Made by a program: the position numbers and the translations under genes. A stretch of 64,000 nt of DNA from Gordius albopunctatus (taxonomy: Eukaryota), in NCBI GenBank assembly GCA_964276515.1, contig OZ193909.1, positions 4,712,001 to 4,776,000 on the forward strand, given 5' to 3'. The notes under the pieces were generated by a model. The model made no database searches, was not told the DNA's origin, and saw only the letters and a list, made by a program, of their open reading frames with translations. The stretch's first letter is position 1. Each line of letters opens with the position of its first letter. Shown here one piece after another: positions 10,469-22,900 of the stretch.

Positions 10469-12851
10469 AAAAACTCGGGCCTTCGGCCCTCGTGGGAAGG
10501 GGGAAGGGGAGGAGGGGAAGGAAGGGGGAACTCATCTACACTCCGTATAAATGTATCATATTTGCTATGCAATTTATGGAAATACTTACGTGAATATTGC
10601 AAAACGAAGGTTGGAAGCACTAAATAAGTGTATATGCCAAATATCATAAAGGGGGAGAGAGGGAGCGAAGGGGAAGCTTTATGGTTAGTTAAATTCTACG
10701 GGAGTTGTATTACCAAAAAGTCATAATAGCAATGGTAGGAACAGGAACAATCATAATAGTCAAAAAAAACGAGAAAAAAAAATTTCGAATTACATTTTGG
10801 CCAAAGGTCGTTTTTTCCATTGGTCAGCAGCCAGGACACGGTAAAAGTGGATATAAATTCATAATAGTCAAAAAAAACGAAAAAAAAGTTTTCGAATCAC
10901 ATTTTGGCCAATGGTTATTTTATTCCATTGGTCAGCAGCCAGCGGACGGCCAAAAAGTCATAATAGCAATGGTAGGAACAGGAACAATCATAATAGTCAA
11001 AAAAAACGGAAAAAATAATTTCGATTCACATTTTGGCCAATGGTCATTTTTTTCCATTGGTCAGCAGCCAGGACACGGTAAAAGTGGATATAAATTCATA
11101 ACAGTCAAAAAAAAACGAAAAAAAAATTTTCGAATCACATTTTGGCCAATGGTCATTTTATTCCATTGGTCAGCAGCCAGCGGACGGCCAAAAAGTCATA
11201 ATAGCAATGGTAGGAACAGCAACAATCATAATATTCAAAAAAAACGAAAAAATAAACTCGGATACACATTTTGGCCAATGGTCATTTTTTTCCATTGGTC
11301 AGCAGCCAGGACACGGTAAAAGTGGATATAAATTCATAACAGTAAAAAAAAACGAAAAAAAAGTTTTCGAATCACATTTTGGCCAATGGTCATTTTATTC
11401 CATTGGTCAGCAGCCAGCGGACGGCCAAAAAGTCATAATAGCAATGGTAGGAACAGGAACAATCATAATAGTCAAAAAAAACGGAAAAAATAATTTCGAT
11501 TCACATTTTGGCCAATGGTCATTTTTTTCCATTGGTCAGCAGCCAGGACACGGTAAAAGTGGATATAAATTCATAACAGTCAAAAAAAACGAAAAAAAAA
11601 TTTTCGAATCACATTTTGGCCAATGGTCATTTTATTCCATTGGTCAGCAGCCAGCGGACGGCCAAAAAGTCATAATAGCAATGGTAGGAACAGGAACAAT
11701 CATAATATTCAAAAAAAACGAAAAAATAAACTCGGATACACATTTTGGCCAATGGTCATTTTTTTCATTGGTCAGCAGCCAGCGGACGGCCAAAAAGTCT
11801 TATTATCATTGATAGTAACAAGAACAATCATAAGAGTCAAAAAAAACTCCGGGATTCTAACCCAAAAACTAGATAAATTGCATAGCAATTATTAAAAAGT
11901 ATAGGGTAATTATCAATGTTAACCTATTCAAAAACGAACAAAAAATTTTGATTTATTTGGCCAATGGTAATTTTTTTCAATTATCAATGTTAACTTATTC
12001 AAAAAGGAAAAACGAAAAATTAGGATTTATTTGGCCAATGTTCATTTTTCCATTGGTCAGTAGCCAGCGGACGGTCAAAAAGTCATATTATCAATGGTAT
12101 TAACAAGAACAAAATATTAAATTAATTAAAAAAATAAAAATTTTGCCCTCTCCGGGATTCGAACCCACATTAAATAGAGGCATAAGCCTTTGGAGGGGAA
12201 CAGGGAACCATATAAATAGAGCCATAGGCTCTTTTAGGGGAGGGCATAGGGTAATTATCAATGTTAAACTATTCAAAAACGAAAAATTAAAAATTTCGAT
12301 TTATCTAGCAAGTGGTCATTTTTTCATTGGTCAGTAGCCTGCGGACGGTCAAAAATTCATATTATCAATGGTATTAACAAGAACAATATATTAATTTAAT
12401 TTAAAAAAAAATAAAAATTTTTGTCCTCTCCGGGTCTCGAACCATCAATTTAGAACGTTCGCTGGGATTCAAACCCACATTAAATAGAGGCATAAGCCTT
12501 TGGAGGGGAACAGGGAACCATATAAATAGAGCCATAGGCCCTTGTAGGGGACGGCATAGGGTAATTATCAATGTTAAACTATTCAAAAACGAAAAATTAA
12601 AAATTTCGATTTATCTGGCCAGTGGTCATTTTTTCATTGGTCAGTAGCCTGCGGACGGTCAAAAAGTCATATTATCAATGGTATTAACAAGAAAAAAATA
12701 TTAATTTAATTTAAAAAAAAAAAAAAATTTTTGTCCTCTCCGGGTCTCGAACCCGCAACCTCCAGGTCGGGAAGCTGGTGTAAATAACTTGGTAGACGGA
12801 CGGACGGACGGACGGACAACCAAAAACGAGCCCATAAATTGCATAGCAATT
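10469..12851 (-). mobile_element. Non-autonomous Helentron/Helitron2 (HINE, DINE-1-like) with central tandem repeats, copy 1
   Basis: 18-bp subterminal inverted repeat (10562-10579 and 12832-12849), a (GTCC)n tract near the 5' end (12795-12817 on -), a 3' hairpin GGGCCGAAGGCCC followed by a T-run, and no TSD. The site is empty at about 25793 in unit 2. Confidence 0.88.
10712..11850. repeat. Higher-order tandem array inside the HINE (108/129-bp subunits, about 237-bp dimer, about 475-bp tetramer)
   Basis: TTGGTCAGCAGCCAG recurs at about 10820, 10928, 11057, 11166, 11295, 11403, 11532, 11640 and 11768. Confidence 0.9.
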
Positions 12852-14243
12852 AAAAAATAAATTTTGGGATGGAAAACAATTTTATATACAAAATTGCAAT
12901 ATGAATGCTAGTTATTTCATTATTTTAATTAAAATTAGGGTTTTCTCCCCTTTGAAGGAAAACCTACTTAGTATAATTAATCTTCCTCGTAACAACATAG
13001 CAGATTGATTATTTATTTTGTTGGCAAGCCTTCCGACTAAATTAAATTGGCCATTTAATGAGGTATTTTCCTTCAATTTTGTCATCTTTATTATAACCCA
13101 AATATGGAGAAATTGTAAAGAACTCCATAATTGGTGACATTCAGGTGCTTAGTTAGGATTATACAAAAGAGAGGGGATGGGTACGTTGAATTTCTTTATT
13201 ATAAATATAATTAATAGACAATATGGATAGTAAAAAAATTAATAAATAATCTCCTTATAGTTGCCATAAATGCTTTCAAATGAATTAAGAGTTTAGGCTG
13301 GCCCCCTCTAAATCCAAAATTTGTTGAAATTCTAAAATAAAATGTTTATTTTGCCCTCTCCCCCTAATTCCAATGCTGGCTACGCTCATGTGTTTATACC
13401 TATCTACATTCTATACACAAAATTTATACCTTTATTATAAGTCATATTTGTCTAAATTTTTCTGCCAAAACACGGCTCGGTCTGATAACTAAATTGCCCG
13501 TCAGGGCCAGCCCGAATCCTACTAAGAGTTCACCCATACCCAAATCATTTTTTTTATATATTTCCGCATTTCAATATTGTTATACAATCAATGTAAAAAG
13601 TGACATACACTATATAAAATCTATTAAGCTCAAATTGTCCGAATTTTATTAAGGTGCTCGCCCGGGCCTACCAGAAAATCTAAATTTACACCAGTTGCTT
13701 GATTTTTATTTTATTACAAATAAAAATGTTATAAATTTTATTTGGCAGCTTCCCCCCCCCCTTGCGAGCAACCTGGCTAAGTGCCTGGAGCAAGCACTTT
13801 ATTATGTATTGTTAACTAGCACTTATTTTTATAAAATTACCAAATTCTTAAAAAAAAATTGCTTAACAAAATATTAAAAATAGATAAGCAAAAGCTAATA
13901 TTATAGCGGGCTCTTTCTAAGCCTTTAGCTGCATGGCCGCATTATTATAGTCGATTCTTTGATAATAACCTAAGGGATACTTAAGTGGGTATTTAAATAT
14001 ATGTTCTTTTTCGCTGATATTCATACATCATTATAAGCCTATCCTTTTAATTATTACTATTGTCTATAGGGTTAAAATAAATATATATATAATACAAAAC
14101 TAAGGTAAAGTTTATAACTTTAGCTAATTTTAATTATAAGCTCAAATTATTATAAAATGATTTTTAATAAGCTTTATAAGTGATTATGTGCATTTTTATA
14201 TGAAATTAGAGATATTAAATGGAATTTAATACATAAGCTTGAC

Positions 14244-15055
14244 CATAGGCGTATCTAGGATTTACTCATGGGTAGTGTTAGAAAATTTTCGAGGCGAACT
14301 TTTTTTGTAAATATTTTTTTTGAAAAATGTTTCTTTGTTCTAAAAGTTTAAAGTGACAATAGAGTAAAAATATTTAAAATACTAAAAGCAAAATTCCAAC
14401 AAATATTTATTTATATTCAATAAAAATATAAAAATGACATTGGCGAAAAGCTAAATTAACAACACTTTGTGAAACAAGGTGGACCCATCTATCGAAGGAA
14501 ATATATGCCGCCCGAAGAGGAGTTTAAAACTATTTTTACCAGTGTTTCAACATTTGTAAAAAGTCATGATTTTTCCATTACTATTCCTGGTTCAAATATT
14601 TAGCTTATATAATTTATTTATCACCCTGATCCTGATCTCTATGTTGCTCTTCTCCTACTGAATTAGTACTAACATTTTCTAAACTAAATTCTAGAATCTA
14701 GAGTAAATTATAATAATTTGTAGATTACTCTGGCTACTACTTTTCTCCTTTGAAAAGTTAATTTTTTTAGGGAAGTAGTTATAAATGGAAGAATATCGTT
14801 GGCGTTTCATATTAAAATTTCGGAAATTGGATGTGATGGGAGCTATTTATCTAAAATTTAAATTTCGAATAAAATTTATAAATTTGTAACATATAAAAAT
14901 AGAAAAAGCAACGAAAAACTTAATAACACTTCCAAAGTAATATATAAATTATAATTATCAGTAATATTTGTGTGCAAATACAATATAAAAATTTTATTAT
15001 TTGAAACTCATGGGTAGTGTTACAACCTTAAATCATCCCCTTGTATACGCTAATG
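14244..15055. mobile_element. Probable hAT-type non-autonomous element at the junction between the duplication units
   Basis: TIR-like ends CATAGGCGTATCTAGG..CTTGTATACGCTAATG and CATGGGTAGTGTTA repeated near both ends. No matching TSD. Confidence 0.45.
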
Positions 15056-15596
15056 CACTATACATATGAGCGTAGACAAGTCCCTCCCTCTAAATCCGAG
15101 AATTTGTTGAAATTTATTAAAAATTGCTAAAATTTCAAAAAAGGATCATTTTGCCCCTCCCTAAATCATTATTGTTCCCCTCTAATCTTAGTGCTGGCCA
15201 TACCCATGACTATACAAATTATAAATATCTTTAAAACGCAAAATACTAATTAAAAATGCTTATAGCTTACCCTTTTTCTTTAATATATTTTGTCCAATTA
15301 CCTGATTCCGTACCCACCAATCATTTTTAATTAAGCCAATAATGTTTTTAGCTACAACTACAAGTTGATCAAATTTACCGTAATATATTCTGTCGCTTAA
15401 TATAAAAGCTACAAAATAAATATTCCAATCATCACCTCATGCAAATTTAAATGTTTCATTAACAAGCGATAAACTTTTACAAAAGTTATACAATAAATAT
15501 ATTGTTTAGAAAAATCTTGTATTTCCCTTTCCAGAAGATATATTTTTTATGAAATTCATAAATATTTTACTTGTCAGATTGCGTCAGATATATAAT

Positions 15597-17311
15597 AAAA
15601 CTCGGGCCTTTGGCCCTCGTGGGAAGGGGGAAGGGGAGGAGGGGGAAGGGGAGGAGGGGAGGGAAGGGGGAACTCATCTACACTCCGTATAAATGTATCA
15701 TATTTGCTATGCAATTTATGGAAATACTTACATGAATATTGCAAAACGAAGGTTGGAAGCACTAAATAAGTGTATATGCCAAATATCATAAAGGGGGAGA
15801 GAGGGAGCGAAGGGGAAGCTTTATGGTTAGTTAAATTCTACGGGAAACAGTTGTATTACCAAAAAGTCATAATAGCAATGGTAGGAACAGGAACAATCAT
15901 AATAGTCAAAAAAAACGAAAAAAAAATTTTCGAATCACATTTTGGCCAAAGGTCATTTTTTTCAATTTGGTCAGCAGCCAGGACACGGTAAAAGTGGATA
16001 TAAATTCATAATAGTCAAAAAAACGAAAAAAAAGTTTTCGAATCACATTTTGGCCAATGGTTATTTTATTCCATTGGTCAGCAGCCAGCGGAAGGGGCCA
16101 AAAAATCATAATAGCAATGGTAGGAACAGGAACATTCATAATATTCAAAAAAAACGAAAAAATAAACTCGGATACACATTTTGGCCAATGGTCATTTTTT
16201 CATTGGTCAGCAGCCAGCGGACGGCCAAAAAGTCTTATTATCATTGATAGTAACAAGAACAATCATAAGAGTCAAAAAAAACTCCGGGATTCTAACCCAA
16301 AAACTAGATAAATTGCATAGCAATTATTAAATAAATTGCATAGCAATTATTAAAAAGTATAGGGTAATTATCAATGTTAACCTATTCAAAAACGAACAAA
16401 AAATTTCGATTTATTTGGCCAATGGTAATTTTTTTCAATTATCAATGTTAACCTATTCAAAAAGGAAAAACGAAAAATTAGGATTTATTTGGCCAATGTT
16501 CATTTTTTCATTGGTCAGTAGCCAGCGGACGGTCAAAAAGTCATATTATCAATGGTATTAACAAGAACAAAATATTAAATTAATTAAAAAAATAAAAATT
16601 TTGCCCTCTCCGGGATTTGAACCCACATTAAATAGAGGCATAAGCCTTTGGAGGGGAACAGGGAACCATATAAATAGAGCCATAGGCCCTTGTAGTGGAG
16701 GGCATAGGGTAATTATCAATGTTAAACTATTCAAAAACGAAAAATTAAAAATTTCGATTTATCTGGCCAGTGGTCATTTTTTCATTGGTCAGTAGCCTGC
16801 GGACGGTCAAAAATTCATATTATCAATGGTATTAACAAGAACAATATATTAATTTAATTTAAAAAAAAATGAAAATTTTTGTCCTCTCCGGGTTTTGAAC
16901 CATCAATTTAGAACGTTTGCCGGGATTCAAACCCACATTAAATAGAGGCATAAGCCTTTGGAGGGTAACAGGGAACCATATAAATAGAGCCATAGGCCCT
17001 TGTAGGGGAGGGCATAGGGTAATTATCAATGTTAAACTATTCAAAAACGAAAAATTAAAAATTTCGATTTATCTGGCCAGTGGTCATTTTTTCATTGGTC
17101 AGTAGCCTGCGGACGGTCAAAAAGTCATATTATCAATGGTATTAACAAGAACAAAATATTAATTTAATTTAAAAAAAAAAAAATTTTGTCATCTCCGGGT
17201 CTCGAACCCGCAACCTCCAGGTCGGGAAGCTGGTGTAAATAACTTGGTGGACGACGGACGGACGGACGGACGACGGACAACCAAAACGAGCCCATAAATT
17301 GCATAGCAATT
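15597..17311 (-). mobile_element. Non-autonomous Helentron (HINE, DINE-1-like), copy 2
   Basis: Same termini, sub-TIRs, hairpin and GTCC tract as 10469-12851, with fewer central repeats. The precise empty site GATATATAAT|AATAAATTT is at 5311-5329. Confidence 0.9.
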
Positions 17312-17868
17312 AATAAATTTATGAATTACGTTTTAAACATGTGTAGGCTTAGAGCTATTTTCAAAATAAACGCCACCCCCTCTCGACGATTTATTTCGAG
17401 GAATAAATATTTTTACCTTCCCTCCCCCTGGATTGAATTCTTTACAAATTTCAGCACTGGCTGTTTCATATTAAATATAATTATATTAATGGGTAACATC
17501 ATGATAGAGATTGCAATTAACAATGGATTGCTCCCATCCCTAAGAGGGTTCTATAATAGATAACTAAATCAGATAAAAAAAATCAATTTTGTGTTGCCTC
17601 TGAAAATACGTGATTTGTTATAGAACAGTGGGTGGATGTCATCCATATTTGCTATTTTTCAAAAAAGCCCGTTTTTTCCAATAAATCAATTTTGAATTGG
17701 CTACTGTATAATTTGATGGCGACCTTTTAACAACATATTTGGTTAAATCCGATCGTATAAATTTTTCGCCTTTACAGTTCATTAAATTTTATTATAATCA
17801 CAATATTCATTTTGTTGTTAATTTATAAAATAACATAACGTTTACTTTTGAATTCTAAAGCACGCCAA

Positions 17869-19026
17869 ATGCTCGCCACTATAGTTTATATCTTTTCAAT
17901 CATACTGGCTGTCATCACTATTATAGGCAATACTGGAATAATCATATTGTTCATAATTTTCAAAGATATAAGAATTACGCGAAATTACGTGGTTTGTTCA
18001 TTAGCAACCGCCGATCTTCTCATAGGCATAATGGCTGTCCCATGGGCTGCCAAGCAAACTTTTTATGGTTTTTGGCCGTTTAGCCCCACTCTGTGCCAAG
18101 CCCATGTCATCATCGATACGATCGCAACATTGATAAGCTTATTTACGGTCACACTAACCTCTTTACTCGACACTTGGATGGTTATGGGGAAAGTTCAACG
18201 CGACAGTTTCAATAAAGTATATTCAAAACGTAACGTAGGCATAGTTATAGCCATAGCGTGGTTGGCTCCTAGCCTAACCATTTTAGGACCTATTGGAAAA
18301 GATCCGTACTTGATGCAAAAGTTTTTGGATAGACCAATCCAAGAGGGGCTAGAAGATATTTTAAACAATCATACAAATATAATAGGCAAAGAAGATGCAA
18401 ATTATCGTTGCTTACCACAGTTTCCACGTTCCGTATTCGTGGGTTTTGTGGCGTTCTACTACAACATAGGGATAATAGTCATCGTATTTTGCTACACTAT
18501 GGTCTACTTCAGGTTAAGACAGCGTAATTACTTTAGCTCCTTTACCAGTATAACAGAATTTTCACAAATACCTGTAAATGGTGACTCGACCGCTGATACT
18601 CAAAACAGCAAACAAATCGCTATGCAACAGAGTCTTTCGCGACTATCATTCTTTAGCAAGGGCTTATCCCAGAACAACGGCATGAGACAGAGTAAGCAAA
18701 TGTCTCAAACTTTAAACATTAAGCGGCAAAACAGAAGTAAAAATTTACTCAAGCTCACATTTTCCATGGCCATGCTAGTCGTATTTTGCTATTCTCCGGG
18801 TTCGGTGGTATTTTTCATAGAGGGATTAGGCACGGCCGTGCCTTTCAAGTTACCATTGTGGGCCTACAATTTTGGTATATGGTTCTCTTACCTGAAATCG
18901 GCTCTAAATCCTATCATATACGGTCTGCTGAATACTAAATTTAAGGTGCACCTAATAAAAATATTTAATCGAAAACGAGCCATTCATCCTCAACCACGAT
19001 TAATATCGAGCATAATTCCTGATTAA
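17869..19026 (+). CDS. Class A GPCR, aminergic-like orphan, copy 2 (385 aa from the first ATG)
   Basis: Intact ORF with the same length and motifs as copy 1; 25 amino-acid differences by manual comparison. Confidence 0.93.
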   Translation: MLATIVYIFSIILAVITIIGNTGIIILFIIFKDIRITRNYVVCSLATADLLIGIMAVPWAAKQTFYGFWPFSPTLCQAHVIIDTIATLISLFTVTLTSLLDTWMVMGKVQRDSFNKVYSKRNVGIVIAIAWLAPSLTILGPIGKDPYLMQKFLDRPIQEGLEDILNNHTNIIGKEDANYRCLPQFPRSVFVGFVAFYYNIGIIVIVFCYTMVYFRLRQRNYFSSFTSITEFSQIPVNGDSTADTQNSKQIAMQQSLSRLSFFSKGLSQNNGMRQSKQMSQTLNIKRQNRSKNLLKLTFSMAMLVVFCYSPGSVVFFIEGLGTAVPFKLPLWAYNFGIWFSYLKSALNPIIYGLLNTKFKVHLIKIFNRKRAIHPQPRLISSIIPD

Positions 19027-19900
19027 CTTTTTACAATCCCTGTTTTTTATAACTTTTTTTTTGATTGTTACTATGGATTTCACTTACTTAGAGATATATT
19101 ACTTCTTAATCGATTATTAATTCAAATGATGTCATAATAATTTTAAAGATACCTAGCTTCTTATTTTCTTACTTTATAATACATCATTTTTTAGTGATTT
19201 TAATATATAAGTAATCGTCTGATAAATGTGACAAGTCATTTTTTAACTTAAAATAGTCTTAAGAAATGCAGATAGTTACATATAAAAGCTTTAGTCTTCA
19301 GTCTATAAAGAAAATATTTTTACCTGTTCACTAAAAATAATTTGAGATTGTTTTTAGCTATATTAATTAATAGAGTTATTAGACAATCATAAAATTAAAA
19401 AATGAATTCAGTTTATACTAAATTAGTCAATTAATTATACATAACTAATTTATAAAGTTGTAGATGTGTTGTTAACTTTAAATAAATTTTAAAGTTATCT
19501 TGTCTTGATTATATTTTAATAAAAAGTTAATTTTTTATTTCTATTATACAATTTAAATGCATTATTTAAGGATTTATGATAGAAGGCTATAACCCCATAA
19601 ATGAATTTTTTTGTGCGAAATGGTCGTGAATATGACGAATATCTAATCTTGTATTTTAAGTTTAAAATTGAAACATTTGAAATACATTCTGTTTTGTCGA
19701 TCCATTCTGAAAATATATAAAACATTCAGACATAAGCGTTAAACTGTTATTAAAAAAACTAATTTGCAAAAATATTTGCATTGTTGCTCTGTGTTAAATT
19801 TGAAAGAATCAAAAGTTAAGATCGAACTCGATACTTTATATTCAATATAGATTTTAAATAGAACAATAATACCAATTGATGGTTATGGGAATCAAATACA

Positions 19901-22900
19901 CTTTTTCCCCCCATAACTGTTTGTCACATTTAGTGGTCAGCTCCTTCAAGTAGATTGATTATCCATGTATTCCTGCACTTACACCAGCTACGCTTTAGCT
20001 CGTACCTTCTCAAGTCCATATCAATTTTATGCTTCCATGAACGCTATGCTATATGAGAGTCGTATCCCAGACCAATGGAGGGAAAGTACGATCATACCCA
20101 TATACAAAGGTAAAGGAGACGCACAGGAATGTGGCAACTTTAGAGGTATCAAGCTGACCTGCCACTCACTAAAACTATTAGAAAGGGTGCTAGTGAAAAG
20201 GCTCAATGACGAAGTTTGTCTCTCGCTCAATCAGTTTGGATTTGTGGCCGGTAAATCAACGATGGACCCAATCTTTGCGTTGAAGCAGACGATGGAAAAA
20301 TATGGCGACATAAGAAAGAACTTACTGATGGTCTTCACCGATTTAGAAAAGGCCTACGATACGGTTCCGAGAGACTTAATATGGTGGTCCCTTAGAGCCA
20401 GAAATATACCCGAAGGATATGTTCGACTTATTAAGGAAATGTATAATGGCGCGGTTGCATCTGTTAGGACTACCGTAGAAGTAACGAAACCCTTCCGAAT
20501 AATGATCGGACTACATCAAGGATCAGCGTTAAGCCCATTCTTGTTTAATCTAATTATGGATACAATAACAAAGGACTTGCACAAGCCAGCCCCTTGGACT
20601 ATGCTATATGCCGACGATATTGTCCTATGCGATGAAACAAGAGAAGGGGTTTTTCATCAGGCGAAAAAATGGTCAGAACGTTTTTCGGATTTCGGGTTAA
20701 AGGTCAGCGAGAAGAAAACGGTTTACATGCAAACGATGGGCGGTAGTCCACAAATGCACAAAAATGACGGTCCAATGTACACGGAGGTTGATAAGTTCAC
20801 ATATCTTGGCTCGCTATTACATCAAGAGGGAGGATGTACCGCCGAAGTCTATTCTCGGATCAAGAAAGCATGGCTCAAGTGGCGCAGCATCTCCGGTGTC
20901 ATGTGTGACAAAAAGATACCAATTTGGTTGAAAAGCAAGGCGTACAAAAACATCGTGCGACCGGTCTTGCTTTACGGGAGCGAAACATGGGCTGTAACCA
21001 CCGCGGAGAAGAAAATCTTGCAAGTCAGAGAATGGTGCGATGCGGCTTAGGCTACACCAAGCTGGATCGCATGAGAAACGAATCCTTGATGACAAAGATG
21101 GGTATACAAGCGACGAAGGACTTCTTAAGAGAAAATTGACTGCGGTGGTACGGCCATGTATTACGAAGAGACGAAGACAATGTCACACGCCGAACGCTGG
21201 AGATGGACGTGCCTGGAAGAAGAGGAAGGGGCATACCACGTGCCACCTGGAAATGACTGGTCGAAAAGGATATGGACGTCAAACAGATGGAAATTGGCAT
21301 GGCATTTACGCGACTCAGATGGAAGAGGCTGCTGAAAACGTACCCCACGTCTGTGGGATTTTCAACACGATAAAGCAGAAGATGTCAGTTTAGGCTTCCC
21401 TCTCTTTCGCTAACCTTCGACTTGCACTTTATTGATACGATTTGCCAAGTGACTTTCCTCCCGTCTCTCCAAATGGCCATACCATCTCAATCTTCTTACT
21501 ACCAACTTTCTCTGAATCGGAACTACATTTAGTTTATCCCTTATGTCTATGTCTTGATTCCTTATATAGTCCTTTTTGCTTATTCCCAAGATCAATCTTA
21601 ACATTCGCATCTCCATTGTAGCCAAGCTTTGCTCCTCTTGCCTAGATTGCCCAAGTTTACGCTCCATACAATACTGTGGGTACAATAACGGTGTTATACA
21701 ACCGTCATTTTAATTTGAGTGGTATGTGCTTATCACATATGATATAGGAAACCACTCAACTCCCTGAATTTAGCAAGACCTCCGTTTATTCTTTCCTAAT
21801 TTCGTTTTCCACACCTCCATCACATTGTACTCTAGAACCAAGATATTTGAATTCCTTCCTACTGTTTAAACACCAGTCATTGATTTGCAGGTTTGTTTTT
21901 TTTCATTCCCCGACTCCAAGCATACATATTCCGTTTTATATCATCCGCAAATAGCATTGCCCAAAATGATTCGCGTTTCAGGTCCTTCGTTATCGAATCC
22001 ATTATTGTTATGAAGAGCAATGGACTTAGGGCCGATCCTTGATGCATACCGACATTTAGACTGAATCTCTTTGATGTACCACTGGATGTCCGAACTTTGG
22101 TTTTTGCGTTTCTATACATATGCTTTATTAAAATTATATAAGCGTCGGGTACACCATTGGATCTCAGGCTATCCCATATCAACTGCCTTGGCACTTTATC
22201 GAAAGCTTTCTCAAGATCCATGAAACACATATGAAGATCCTTTTGTTTTTCCTTATATAATTCCATAAGTCTTCTAAGACCATGTATATTTTTCGGAGTC
22301 TAGCTTCTATAACCTTTTTCCACACCTTCATTACGTGACTCGTTCCATCGATATTTGTTGTATTCTTGTACATCTCCCTTCAATTTATAGATAGGTATAA
22401 CATAGCTTTCCCTCCACTCATTAGGCATCATATCACTTGCAAGTATTTTGTTAAACAGCTTTGCAAGTAGATGTACACCTAAGGATACTAGCATTTTGAA
22501 AGCTTCCATAGGTATATTATTAGGTCCCACCGCTCTATACATGGTTATTATTTTTAGCACCTGGTCAACCTCTCCTTCTGTCACTTCTAACTCTGGGTCA
22601 TCATAGTTCTTGCTTTCACAGTGGTCCGAAAACCCATTTTCACTGTTTAATAATTCTTTGTAATATCCTTCCCAACGATCTATGATTTGATGGTTCAGAG
22701 TTAGAGTAGAGTGATGCCTTCCTTGCTCTTTATAATTTTCACGCTTACCACATTCTTTGAGTTTCTAGCTCGGATCTTTGCGATTTTGTAGATCATTCTT
22801 TCCCCCTTCTTTACTGGCTAACTTGGCATTCAAATTCTCGTAGACCACTGTTTTTGGCTACACAACGTTTTGCCTCATTTTTAGCTTTCACGTATGCCAA

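Larger units (their letters stand above)
4783..13738 (+). repeat. Tandem segmental duplication, unit 1 (contains GPCR copy 1)
   Basis: Collinear with 15057-26908 once copy-specific TE insertions are removed. Examples: 4933-5320 ~ 15209-15596, 7020-7716 ~ 19026-19900, 10208-10436 ~ 25566-25793, 13400-13735 ~ 26575-26908. Confidence 0.92.

Noticed and set aside
10705..11895. Repetitive 200-aa ORFs and a CRISPR-like appearance of the regularly spaced TTGGTCAGCAGCCAG motif
   Set aside because: The intervening sequences are themselves repeated rather than unique spacers, there are no cas genes, the context is eukaryotic, and frames shift at A-runs. It is a tandem array inside a HINE.
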